A DNA stretch of 64,000 nucleotides from an uncultured candidate division Zixibacteria bacterium (GTDB lineage: Bacteria; Zixibacteria; MSB-5A5; UBA10806), in contig CAWFQL010000011.1 of assembly GCA_963817915.1 (NCBI GenBank), positions 1 through 64,000 of the forward strand. The letters are read 5' to 3'. The notes beneath the pieces were generated by a model, which was not told the origin of the DNA, did no database searches, and saw only the letters and a list, made by a program, of their open reading frames with translations. Both the position numbers and the translations under genes were made by a program. Shown here piece by piece: positions 32,787 through 42,583 of this stretch (position 1 is the stretch's first letter; each line of letters begins with the position of its first letter).

Positions 32787-34478
32787 TTGAAAAAGCTCAT
32801 CTTGACTCTGATTTTAACGTTTGGCGTATCCGCGTTGATACTGGCGGGGCCCGCCGATGACGCCTACAAAAATGCAAAAAACCTGATGGCCAAGGGTGAT
32901 TTGCAATCTGCTCTAAAGGCCGCAAATGATGGTTTAGCCATCGATCCAGCCCATTTTGACCTAAATTCGCTGGCTGGCAATATTTATTCCGTTTTAGGTG
33001 ACTATCAGAATTCGCTTAATTCCTACAAAAAAGCTCTTGAAAAGAAGGGAAAGGATGCCGATGCCCTTTTTGGCGCCGGAATGGCCGCTTATAAACTAAA
33101 ATCATACGATGAGGCCATTCAGTATTTCCAGCAAGGCGAGAAAACCGGCAAACTTAAGGGCCAATTTTTCTACGGTCTGGGCCTCGCGCAAACCGAAAAA
33201 GGTGATTTTGCCAACGCCGACCTCAATATCCGCAAGGCAATAGACAAAGATAAGAAAAATCCGCTATACCATCTGGCCTTGGCCGAAACCAATTATAGGA
33301 ATAAAGTATTTTCCATCGCTGCGACTGAATTCAAAAAGGCGATGGAAATCGACAGCACTTTGGACAAGACTCATCAGGATATCCATTATAAATTGGCCCA
33401 ATCTCAGATCAACTTGCGCAATATCCCCGGAGCGATCGACGAATACAAAATTCAGGTCGATCACTTTCCATCCGATTCTACTTCCTGGCTCGAATTGGGA
33501 CGAATCTATGAAATTTCCAATATTCAAGCTGAGGCCGTATTTTGCTATGAAAAATTCCTCGCTTTATCGCCGCTGAACGGTGTTGCCTGGTTCAATCTTG
33601 GCAAACTGTATTTGGCTACCAAGAATCCTGACAAAGCGGCCGCCGCATTCGAAAAAGCTGTTGAATTGAAGTCTCACGAAGCCGAATCTTTCGGAAATCT
33701 GGCGAAAATCTATGCCGATCGCAAAGAATACGAAAAATCAATCGACGCTTACAATCGCTATGAAACGGCATTTGGTTCACCGGACAGTGTCGACTATTGG
33801 ATTGAAAAAGGAAAGGTCGAGCTTAAGCTTGGCGAGAAAAATGCCAACTATTTTGATTCCGCTTTTGTCGCCTTCAATAAATCAATAACTATCGATTCGC
33901 TGTACTCCTCGGCCTATGAATACGCGGGACTAACTCTCTATTATAAAAAGGATTACGTCAAGGCGATCCCGTATTTCCAGAAAAAAGTTTCACTCGATAC
34001 CACTGGCGTTAATTCCTACCGCAATATGGCATTTTGCTATCTTAAAACCGAGCAATACGGCTTGGCGGCAGGATCATTCGAAAAGGCACTGGCCATTAAG
34101 CCCGAAGATGTCACCATGCGGGCGATGACCGCGAAAATATATACTTTCGCCGGCATGTATGGAAAGGCGATCGATCATTTCGAATATATTCTAAATCACA
34201 ACACCCCTGAATTGACTGACTCGCTCAAATGCGAAATTTATCCCGACCTCGGTTCCAGCTACCTCAACCAGAAGAACTGCCAGACGGCATTAACCTATCT
34301 TCTAAAAGCGGAACAATGTAAGCCCAGAGATGTTTCTATTATTACGAATATTGCGGTTTCTTACCAGATGTGCAACAAAGTAAAAGATTCCAATGTCTAT
34401 TACAAAAAATGTTTGGCGATTGACCCCAATAATAAAGTCTGCAAACGTGGCGATTTGGAAACTACGATCCAGAAATAA
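32787..34478 (+). CDS. Secreted multi-TPR protein
   Basis: TTG start after GGAGG; signal peptide; more than 12 TPR motifs. Confidence 0.88.
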   Translation: MKKLILTLILTFGVSALILAGPADDAYKNAKNLMAKGDLQSALKAANDGLAIDPAHFDLNSLAGNIYSVLGDYQNSLNSYKKALEKKGKDADALFGAGMAAYKLKSYDEAIQYFQQGEKTGKLKGQFFYGLGLAQTEKGDFANADLNIRKAIDKDKKNPLYHLALAETNYRNKVFSIAATEFKKAMEIDSTLDKTHQDIHYKLAQSQINLRNIPGAIDEYKIQVDHFPSDSTSWLELGRIYEISNIQAEAVFCYEKFLALSPLNGVAWFNLGKLYLATKNPDKAAAAFEKAVELKSHEAESFGNLAKIYADRKEYEKSIDAYNRYETAFGSPDSVDYWIEKGKVELKLGEKNANYFDSAFVAFNKSITIDSLYSSAYEYAGLTLYYKKDYVKAIPYFQKKVSLDTTGVNSYRNMAFCYLKTEQYGLAAGSFEKALAIKPEDVTMRAMTAKIYTFAGMYGKAIDHFEYILNHNTPELTDSLKCEIYPDLGSSYLNQKNCQTALTYLLKAEQCKPRDVSIITNIAVSYQMCNKVKDSNVYYKKCLAIDPNNKVCKRGDLETTIQK

Positions 34479-34492
34479 GTACGGAGGATTTG

Positions 34493-35191
34493 ATGGCGAA
34501 GGAAATTAAGGGACCCGATCCCGATGGGATTTATAAATATTTGGGTTTCGATGTACATCCTGGTAAAATAGAAGAATTTTGGAAATCCGAAGAAGAAAAG
34601 AAGCTCTACCTGCAGGATGTTAAGGCGCGTGGCGGTCAGTTGTTCGTGCTCGACCGCGATTCCGCCCTTCTAAATGTTAAATTAATGAGGCCCGCGGATA
34701 AAATCATTTCTCTTATTGGCTCGATTCTGCTGATAGTTTCCTTTTTTCTTCCTCTATATTCTTTTGATTATTTCGGAAAGACAGTTTCCGGAAACGCCAT
34801 TTCCTTCTTCCTAAATTTGCCATTTATTGGCGGATACGCTTCATGGAGCGGTATCGTAATGGGGATTACAATGCTTTTGGTAGCGCTATTCGTACTGGCT
34901 TGCCCCGTAGCCGGCGTGATAAATATACTCGGCCTTTACAATAAGAATAAGGGCGACCAATATTTCGAAACTGTGAAGAAAAACGGCAAGATTATTTTTA
35001 TCCCGATTTTCATTTTTGTAGCATTATTCGTAGTACTGGTGGTCGGCGCCGCTCAGCCATTTGGCTCGCTCGGATTAAACGCACTTGGAGAAGACTTGGG
35101 CGTTGGCGCCATCTTTCAGCTTACCGGTTTCGGTTTCTGGCTTTTGATCGCCGGACTGATAATCGGATTTGCCCAGAATCGCGGGCTCTAA
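34493..35191 (+). CDS. Hypothetical four-TM membrane protein
   Basis: RBS GGAGG; soluble N-terminus then about 4 TM segments; operonic with exbB. Confidence 0.7.
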   Translation: MAKEIKGPDPDGIYKYLGFDVHPGKIEEFWKSEEEKKLYLQDVKARGGQLFVLDRDSALLNVKLMRPADKIISLIGSILLIVSFFLPLYSFDYFGKTVSGNAISFFLNLPFIGGYASWSGIVMGITMLLVALFVLACPVAGVINILGLYNKNKGDQYFETVKKNGKIIFIPIFIFVALFVVLVVGAAQPFGSLGLNALGEDLGVGAIFQLTGFGFWLLIAGLIIGFAQNRGL

Positions 35192-35281
35192 AGGCCTGAG
35201 TGTCGAAGTCATTAGTGGAAATATCATGATGATATTTGGTGAATAAAAAATAAATCAAATTTAGGTAAGGAGGCAAGTAAC

Positions 35282-36042
35282 TTGCGTCAGGTAATTTTCG
35301 TAACAATCCTATTTATCGTATCCTTCGCGGTCGGCGCCATTATTTGGGGAGGCATCTTCGCCAGCGCGGCAAGGAAGGCTCATTGATGCTGACTATGTAC
35401 AAGGGCGGACCGCTGGTAGTGGCGTTGATTGCCCTGTTGATTATGCTTTTTGGATTCATCATCGAAAGATTCATTACATTGTATAAGGTCGCGGCCGGAA
35501 AATCATCCGTACAGTCTTTCTTTAAGAGAGTCATTTCCGGTATCCAATCCGACGATTTCGAAGGCGCTATCGCCGCTTGCGATAAGCAAAAAGGCACGGT
35601 CGCCAATATTCTCAGAGCCGGTATCGAACGATACAACATCGTCAAGAAAGACTCTTCCATGAATGGCGAGAAGCGCATCTCCGAAACCCAGAGAGCTATC
35701 GAAGAAGCCAATGCTCTCGAAGTCCCGCTATTGGAAAGAAACTTAATCGCCCTTTCGACCATCGCGTCTATCGCCACCATGGTCGGATTATTGGGAACCA
35801 CGATCGGTATGATTAGAGCCTTCGCGGCTACCGGTAAGAAGACAGGCGGCGTCATCAACGCCGAAGCGCTGGCAACCGGTATTTCCGAGGCATTGGTCAA
35901 TACCGCCGGCGGCCTTCTCAACGCTATCATCGGTATCGTTTTTTACAACTTTTTCGTGAACAAAGTCGATGCTTTCAACTATACAATAGATGAAGCCTCC
36001 TATGAGGTGATGCAGCTTTTGAAGGGCAAAGAAGGTAAGTAA
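35282..36042 (+). CDS. exbB: MotA/TolQ/ExbB proton channel (frameshift ~35368)
   Basis: TTG after AAGGAGG gives MRQVIFVTIL; LSTIASIATMVGLLGTTIGMIRAF, GISEALVNTAGG. Confidence 0.9.
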
Positions 36043-36044
36043 AA

Positions 36045-36578
36045 ATGGCGAAGAAACACAAAAGGAGAATCGGAATTGCGATTGATATGACCCCGATGGT
36101 CGATATCGCGTTCCTCCTTTTGATCTTCTATATGACTACAACCCAGTTCAAACCGCCGGAGAAACAGCAGGTTACTCTGCCGCAGTCGGCTTCGCAATAT
36201 CAGGTGCCTATGTCGGATATCATCAATATTACGGTCAACAAAACCGACGATATATTCCTCGAATACATCGCCAACCTGGTTGTTGACAGGGATACGATGG
36301 TTAACGGCAGCATGATGAAGCCTGGCGACACTACAACTGTCAGGGAATATGTCCAGGTGCAAGCTTCTACTATTAATGAAGAATTTCTTAAGGTACAGGC
36401 CAAGTTTCTCGCAAAAAGGGTTAACCCGATGGTTATCGTCAAGGCCGATAGAGGTTGCCGATATGGGACAGTCAAGAAGATCATGGATACTCTCCAGGAA
36501 ATTAATATTAACCGCTTCTCCCTTATGACCGAAATAAGGGGTAAAGAAGAGCAACCCGCCGCTCCACCGGCCGGTTAA
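36045..36578 (+). CDS. exbD: ExbD/TolR family protein
   Basis: IDMTPMVDIAFLLLIFYM, VKADRGCRYGTV. Confidence 0.9.
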   Translation: MAKKHKRRIGIAIDMTPMVDIAFLLLIFYMTTTQFKPPEKQQVTLPQSASQYQVPMSDIINITVNKTDDIFLEYIANLVVDRDTMVNGSMMKPGDTTTVREYVQVQASTINEEFLKVQAKFLAKRVNPMVIVKADRGCRYGTVKKIMDTLQEININRFSLMTEIRGKEEQPAAPPAG

Positions 36579-36594
36579 GAGATGAGGTGATTTT

Positions 36595-37180
36595 ATGGCC
36601 GGAGTAGATTTAGGGGCCGGAAGGCCCAAAAAACAAAAAGGCGGCGGGCTTACGAAGACCCAAACGACGTCTTGGTATCCGCATCGATATGACCCCGATG
36701 GTCGATATCGCGTTCTTATTGCTCATCTTCTACATGGTGACAACGGTATTTTCAACACCTCTATCAATGGAAATCTCGTTGCCACCAAAATCTGAATTAA
36801 GCACTGATCCTACAAATATCACAGCTTCGGGCTTCTTATGATGTTTGTCGATAAAAATGATTCCACATACTTCCAGATTGGCGAAGATATGAAGCAGCCG
36901 AAAATGGTAAGTTATGCGGAACTTCAAAAAATCATCGATGAGAAAAACCGTACATGTTCCGAAGCTGGTCATGCTTCTCAAGCTCGACACCAAGGCCTCG
37001 TATAGAATGATGGTCAATATTATTGATGATATTCAATCCGCGGAGAGGATGTTGAATGCCGGGATTAAAAAAATGTATCCCGATTCTTCCTTCTCTGCCA
37101 GATTCAGTCTCCAGGATTTTACAGCCTGGGATGAACAAGTGCTTGCGACCGTCGCGGCAGGAGGGACGGTGGAACAATGA
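36595..37180 (+). CDS. exbD: Second ExbD/TolR family protein (three frameshifts)
   Basis: Hidden frame 36660-36830 reads RRLGIRIDMTPMVDIAFLLLIFYMVTT; C-terminal KLDTKASYRMMVNIIDD. Confidence 0.85.
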
Positions 37181-37899
37181 GTAGTAGATCGCTCCTTGCA
37201 GGTTCCTATGAGCTAAAAAGAACCTACCAGAAAAATATGGCGCTGGGATTTGGCATATCGGCGGGCGCACATTTATTCGTAGTGCTCGCGGTCGTAATTG
37301 CAATTAATATCGGTTCCAGTAAACCAATTGCAACCGCTGAGTATACGATTAAGACCAAAGCCGATCTTATCGTGCCGCCATCGCTTTCTCAGCAACAGGA
37401 ACAGATCAAGCTTAAAATACAGGAACGTCAGGTAAAACCAACTGTCGGCGTTTTGAAGCCGGTTCCTGATGAGGAGGCCCCTGAAGAAGTCAATGTTGCC
37501 ACGCAGCAGGATTTGGCTGATATGGCTCCAGTTGCTCCCATTCAGGATTTGGGCGACAATATCAACGTCGACGTAAATAAGGTCATGGATGAATTGCTTC
37601 CGGCTCCCGACCAGTTTGTGCCATTCCAGGAAGCTCCTGTGCAGGTAAAAACTGTTCAGCCTCTATACCCTCCGCTGGCTCAACGAGCCGGAGTCGAGGG
37701 TGCTGTCTGGGTAAAGGCGCTGGTTGATAAGGAAGGCAACGTTCGCGATGTCATTATCGTCAAGCCCTCTGGCGCGAATGCCGGATTCGAGGAAGCCGCT
37801 ATCGATGCCGCCAAACAGACTGTCTGGAAACCTGCAATTTCCAATGGTCAGCCGGTCGCAGTCTGGGTAACATACAAAGTCGACTTCAAATTGAAGTAA
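37177..37899 (+). CDS. tonB: TonB family energy transducer
   Basis: ELKRTYQK.M, TM with conserved S-x3-H, Pro-rich linker, YPPLAQRAGVEG.V...AISNGQPVAVW. Confidence 0.92.
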   Translation: MSSRSLLAGSYELKRTYQKNMALGFGISAGAHLFVVLAVVIAINIGSSKPIATAEYTIKTKADLIVPPSLSQQQEQIKLKIQERQVKPTVGVLKPVPDEEAPEEVNVATQQDLADMAPVAPIQDLGDNINVDVNKVMDELLPAPDQFVPFQEAPVQVKTVQPLYPPLAQRAGVEGAVWVKALVDKEGNVRDVIIVKPSGANAGFEEAAIDAAKQTVWKPAISNGQPVAVWVTYKVDFKLK

Positions 37900-37923
37900 C
37901 CGCTTTACAGCTTTCTGTCTTTG

Positions 37924-37959
37924 ATAAGCCTTATGGAATGTCCATAAGGCTTATTTTTT
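37924..37959 (+). terminator. Rho-independent terminator
   Basis: ATAAGCCTTATGGA-atg-TCCATAAGGCTTAT followed by a T-run. Confidence 0.85.
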
Positions 37960-37986
37960 GACGCTCCCGCAGACTCAGCCCTGCCT

Positions 37987-38473
37987 GTCATTCCGGCCCC
38001 CGAGCCGGAATCCAGAACTCGTTGTTAACGGCGAAGTCGGGAATCATTTCCCGACCCGACCTAATAATTATCTGTGAGCTCTGGTGGCTTCACCCGACCG
38101 ATTAATAAAATTATAGGGGTTTGATTTATCAAACCCACCCGCAAAAGAACAATTATTCCTGTAGGGGCACAACATGTTGTGCCCTCCTTTCCCCGCCCCG
38201 TAAGGAATCCCTTTCTGACGGCATTACGCCGATTTCCTGGTGGTGTCGGGTCTCCGCACCCGACACCCAATCATTTCCTGCGAGTCATGGCTTGCCATGA
38301 CCGCATCCTGCTTTTCCCTGCGTGTCGAAGTTTACTTCGACCGCAAATTTAATGGCCCCGTGTTTATGGACGTCAGTCCTCCCGCCTGCCCCCACCTGGT
38401 GAAATTTTCCTGCGAGTCATGGCTTGCCGTGACCGCATTCTTAAGAGCGGCTTCAGGAATCCTTTCCTGACGC
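37987..38473. repeat. Mixed REP-like cluster (about 10 palindromes, at least 5 families)
   Basis: GTCATTCCGGCCCCCGAGCCGGAATCCAG, AGGGGTTTGATTTATCAAACCC, GTAGGGGCACAACATGTTGTGCCC, GTCGGGTCTCCGCACCCGAC, and TGCGnGTC..GACCGCA at 38279, 38319 and 38411. Confidence 0.88.
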
Positions 38474-38560
38474 TTACTAAATATATAAACATGGAATAAT
38501 TCCAATTCCAAAACGTATCCCATATAGAAAATTGAGAAATGAAATCAAAGGAGGCGATTT

Positions 38561-39283
38561 ATGGAAAGCAATGTAATCACCCTAAGCTCAACTGCCCTAA
38601 AGCAGTCATACCAAAAAAATATGACTATCGGCTTTGGGATTTCAGCCGGGCTTCATTTAATGGCAGTACTTATCGTTTACGCAATAATTACGGGTAATTA
38701 TCAAGAACCGATTCTTATCCAGCCGAAAACGATTGATAAACCCACGGGAATAATCATGCCTCCGTCATTATCCCAGCAGAAGGAGCAAATAAAACTCAAG
38801 ATTCAAGAACACAAAATCAAACCTTCAGTCGGCATCCTCGTTCCAGTTCCTGAAGAGGAAGCCCCGGAAGAAACTAATGTTGCTACTCAGGAGGAATTGG
38901 CCAATATGGCTCCCGAGACTCCCGCAATTGATCCCGGCGCTGGCATTTCCATCGATGTCAATAAGGTCCTGAACGAAATCCTTCCAAAACAAGATACAAT
39001 CATTCGATTTGATATACCCCCTGCCAAAGTCAGAGATGTCATGCCGATATATCCGTCCTTAGCAGCTAGAGCCGGAGTCGAGGGCGATGTTTGGATAAAG
39101 GTACTTATTGATAAGGAAGGTTCAGTAAGAGATGCTGTAGTCTACAAGCCCTCAAGTGTAAATGCCGGTTTTGAGGAATCCGCCATCGATGCCGCCAAAC
39201 AGACTATCTGGAGCCCGGCCATTGCCAATGGTCATCCCATTGCTGTCTGGGTTACCTATCGCATCGTATTCAAATTGAAATAA
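38561..39283 (+). CDS. tonB: TonB family protein, tandem paralog of 37177-37899
   Basis: Same length (240 aa), shared PPSLSQQ.EQIKLKIQE, EEAPEE.NVATQ, RAGVEG, AIDAAKQT, FKLK. Confidence 0.92.
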   Translation: MESNVITLSSTALKQSYQKNMTIGFGISAGLHLMAVLIVYAIITGNYQEPILIQPKTIDKPTGIIMPPSLSQQKEQIKLKIQEHKIKPSVGILVPVPEEEAPEETNVATQEELANMAPETPAIDPGAGISIDVNKVLNEILPKQDTIIRFDIPPAKVRDVMPIYPSLAARAGVEGDVWIKVLIDKEGSVRDAVVYKPSSVNAGFEESAIDAAKQTIWSPAIANGHPIAVWVTYRIVFKLK

Positions 39284-39298
39284 TTGAAATAATTATGT

Positions 39299-39626
39299 GC
39301 GTCAGGATGGAATAAAATGACATCCTGACGCTTAATAATAATCTGTAGGGGTTTGATTTATCAAACCCATTATCCCATGTCGTCGTGTCGCCTGACCCGA
39401 CGACAACATTCCTGCGAGTCATGGCTTGCCATGACCGCATCCTTAAATGAGCTGCCAGAAATCCCTTTCAGCCGCAAACTTATTGTCTTGCATGTCGAAG
39501 TTTACTTCGACCGCAAAATAGCCTCGGAAGCAAAGTTTTTCTCGCACCGTCAAGAACCCTTTCTTGACAGCTTTATCTCCAAACCCGCAGAGTCATCCTC
39601 GTGGTGTCGGGTCTCCGCACCCGACC
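39299..39626. repeat. Mixed REP-like cluster
   Basis: GCGTCAGGATG..CATCCTGACGC, GTAGGGGTTTGATTTATCAAACCC, TGCGAGTCATGGCTTGCCATGACCGCA (39413), TGCATGTCGAAGTTTACTTCGACCGCA (39489), GTCGGGTCTCCGCACCCGAC. Confidence 0.88.
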
Positions 39627-39749
39627 CCCAAATAATTCCCGCCCTGTCACGAATTCATTCCTAATAGCCATATCTCCAAGCCCCAATCTCAAATCCGTCA
39701 GCGTCATTTTTTTCTTGCCTTAATAATCGTCAAGAGCTAACATCATTAT

Positions 39750-40385
39750 ATGAAAATTAGATATACTATACCAATTTTCATGGTCGGATTTTTAATGCTT
39801 TCCCCGGCGCTGCTTTCCGCCGGAAAAGGCTTCTATTTTCGAGGCGGGATTCTTATGGATTCTCCGATTGATAAACCATTTAGGAATATGGAATCCGGCG
39901 TTGGATATATTGGAAGCATTGGATATGATTTTTTCGACCGCGCCGGATTGGAAATAGGCGTACTGCATTCTACTCACACTTATGACATTGGCACACTTGG
40001 CAACGCCATATATCAGGATCAAGCTGAGAAAAATAATGTCTTTCTCAGGGTACAAGCAATCGCATTTAAATATCGACGGTTCGAATTGGCAGCGGGCGCT
40101 GGGATTGGATTTTATGACATTACCGGAAACATTCTTCTTCCCGGCGATTCTTCGATTAATGACGCCTTTTCCGAAGGATTCTCCGGATGGGGATATATGT
40201 TAAATATCGATTTTCGCTATTATATCACCGAGGACTTGGCTGTGACTTTTTACATGTCGGGTAATTTTGTTGGCTACTCAATACCTAATCTGGCAAGGGA
40301 TAGTCAATCGTTCTCGAGCGGAAAACCCGGCGGCAATTCTATAAGTCCTGGCATCACTTTTTTCTACAGGGTCGGCTTTCCCTGA
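39750..40385 (+). CDS. Small outer-membrane beta-barrel protein
   Basis: Signal peptide; amphipathic strands (GFYFRGG, GAGIGFY, IDFRYYIT, GITFFYR). Confidence 0.7.
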   Translation: MKIRYTIPIFMVGFLMLSPALLSAGKGFYFRGGILMDSPIDKPFRNMESGVGYIGSIGYDFFDRAGLEIGVLHSTHTYDIGTLGNAIYQDQAEKNNVFLRVQAIAFKYRRFELAAGAGIGFYDITGNILLPGDSSINDAFSEGFSGWGYMLNIDFRYYITEDLAVTFYMSGNFVGYSIPNLARDSQSFSSGKPGGNSISPGITFFYRVGFP

Positions 40386-40434
40386 TTTTTATTTGAATAA
40401 TTCTGTTTCCCGGCGGTATATAAAGATTAGATTG

Positions 40435-40460
40435 TGAAACATTTCGTATGAATTTACGTT
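40435..40460 (+). promoter_or_regulatory. ECF (sigmaW-like) promoter
   Basis: TGAAAC-N16-CGTT, 24 nt before the YIP1 start. Confidence 0.6.
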
Positions 40461-40483
40461 AATAAAATGTATTTAAAGGGGTC

Positions 40484-41238
40484 ATGATGGAAGAAATGAG
40501 AGAGAATACCGGTGGAATTTCAACAACGCAATCAGTCGCCATCGATGTACCAGTAAAAAAGAATTTTTTTCGCGATTTTTTCGGGATTATCACCGATCCT
40601 CAAAAGGCTTATGAAAACATTATTAAGGCCAATTATTGGGTCGTTGTATTTTCGTAGTCAGTAATTCTCGGAAGCGTCCTGTCACCCAATTATATGTTCA
40701 ACAATTTTCCGATTATACTATCAAAAGCCTTCAGGAAAAAGTTGATCAGGGCGGCAGCGCCGAGGGAATGCAAAAGGCCATTGAAATGTACCAAAATTCG
40801 GCTATCTCTCGCGTTTTCCTGACAGGTGGGACAATATTCGGCATGGGCATCTGGCTGTTGGTGGTAACTCTCCTGTACTTCTTCGTCTCATCAATTATTT
40901 TTGGAGGTACCGCAAAATTTGGCGGCGTATGGATGATCACGTGCTGGGCGGCGGTCATTTCATTTATCGGCGTAATTGTTAAAGCCATCCTGATGATTAT
41001 TAAAAATGATTTTACCGCCGGAATCAATCTTGGTCTAATATTATCAGAAGATATCGCCGGAGCCAAATTGCATAAGGCATTTGCGACAGTGGATATCTTT
41101 GGAATATGGCATTTTATAGTCATCGGCATCGGCCTTGCAATTCTCTATAAATTCACGACCAAAAAGGGAATCACGATTTCATTCATTATTTGGTTGTTAT
41201 TACAATAATTGGTCGGGACAGTTGCATATGTTTCATAG
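40484..41238 (+). CDS. YIP1-family membrane protein (YknW-like; frameshifts ~40655 and ~41200)
   Basis: FFGIITDPQKAYENI N-terminal motif; IFGGTAKF; VDIFGIW..IGIGL. Confidence 0.78.
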
Positions 41239-41262
41239 CATTGATAAATTAGGAGTATGTGC

Positions 41263-42571
41263 ATGAAAAAATTCAAATCCCTCTTTATTCTGGAGCATGG
41301 CTTTTGTCTTTTTATTGACGGTATTCATTAATACTGTTCAGGCCGAAGTCCTGACTCTCGACAAATGTATCGAAATAGGTCTTAAAAATAATTACAGCGT
41401 TATCGCCGCGAAAAACAGCTACTCTGTTTCCGGCACACAGGTATATTCCGCCTGGAGCACAATTCTGCCATCGTTGTCAATCACAACTTCTACAAACCAG
41501 AATTGGCCCGTCGTGACCCGTCAAGACTTGGCAGGCAGGCTGACTTCTAATAAAATTGACTATTCTGGCAGGATTTCCCTTTCGCAATCCTACGGGGGAC
41601 TTGGCTTGGCCACTTATGCCAGCATCAAGCAGGCCACTCATGAAAAAGGATCATTCTACTACGCTTTGGCTGGTGCGAAATCAAATATAGTCTTGAGCAT
41701 CAAACAAAATTTCTACGGCGTACTCAAAGCCAAAATGCTTATGGATGTTGCCACGGAAGCTGTCAAAAGGGGAGAAGAAGGATTACGTGTCGCCCAAAGC
41801 CGCTATGACCTCGGATCAGCCTCTATGTCCGATGTCCTCAAGGCGAAAGTCCAATTTGGTAATGACAAACTTGATCTGGTAACTCAAACTAATGCTTACA
41901 AAATTGCCATGTCTAATCTGGCATATGCCATGGGAGTCAATGTCAATCAGGAGTATGAAGTTAACGAAAATCTTCCCGAAGTAGGCTTTGAATTGAATTT
42001 TGACAAGGCTCTAAACGAAGCTTTAAATTCCAATCCAGAATATCGCAAGGCACAATTCGATCTCTATACAGCGCGGGATAAGCAATTGATATCGTATAGC
42101 TATTTTATCCCGAGCCTTTCTTTCAGCGTCTCTCATACTTCATCAGCTGGCTATTTGAAAGATTTTACGGGTTTTCACGGATACAATGCTAATCGATCCA
42201 TCGGAGCCAGCCTTGATTTTAATATTTTTAATAACCTCGGCGATTATGTAAGATTAAAATCTGCCCGTAAAGCAGTTTCAACTCAGAGCGAAAATCTTGC
42301 AAACTCTAAAAATTTGGTGGCATTGAATGTTAGGCAGGCCTTCCTGGATATCGAATTGGCGCAGGAATCAAAAAAACTGGCGACCGAATCTGTTGCTTCC
42401 GCACAAGAGGACCTGGATTTGGTGAGAGAAAAATATAATCTGGGTGCGGCCACTATCCTCGACGTACTTACCTCTGAAGTATCCCTTAAGCAGGCTCAAA
42501 TTAATCAGGTACAGGCTCTCTTCGATTACAACATGGCCATAGCGCGCCTCGAGCAAGCTCTGGGTAGATAG
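41263..42571 (+). CDS. TolC-family outer-membrane efflux protein (frameshift in signal peptide ~41290)
   Basis: RBS AGGAG and ATG 41263; LTLDKCIEIGLKNN, RYDLGSASMSDVL, KYNLGAATILDV, LEQALG. Confidence 0.9.
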
Positions 42572-42583
42572 GGAAAGGTCAAT

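Noticed and set aside
38061..39664. Short ORFs 38061-38270, 38240-38470, 38332-38523 and 39353-39664
   Set aside because: Shared peptides such as SCESWLAMTAS and VEVYFDRK are simply translated REP palindromes.
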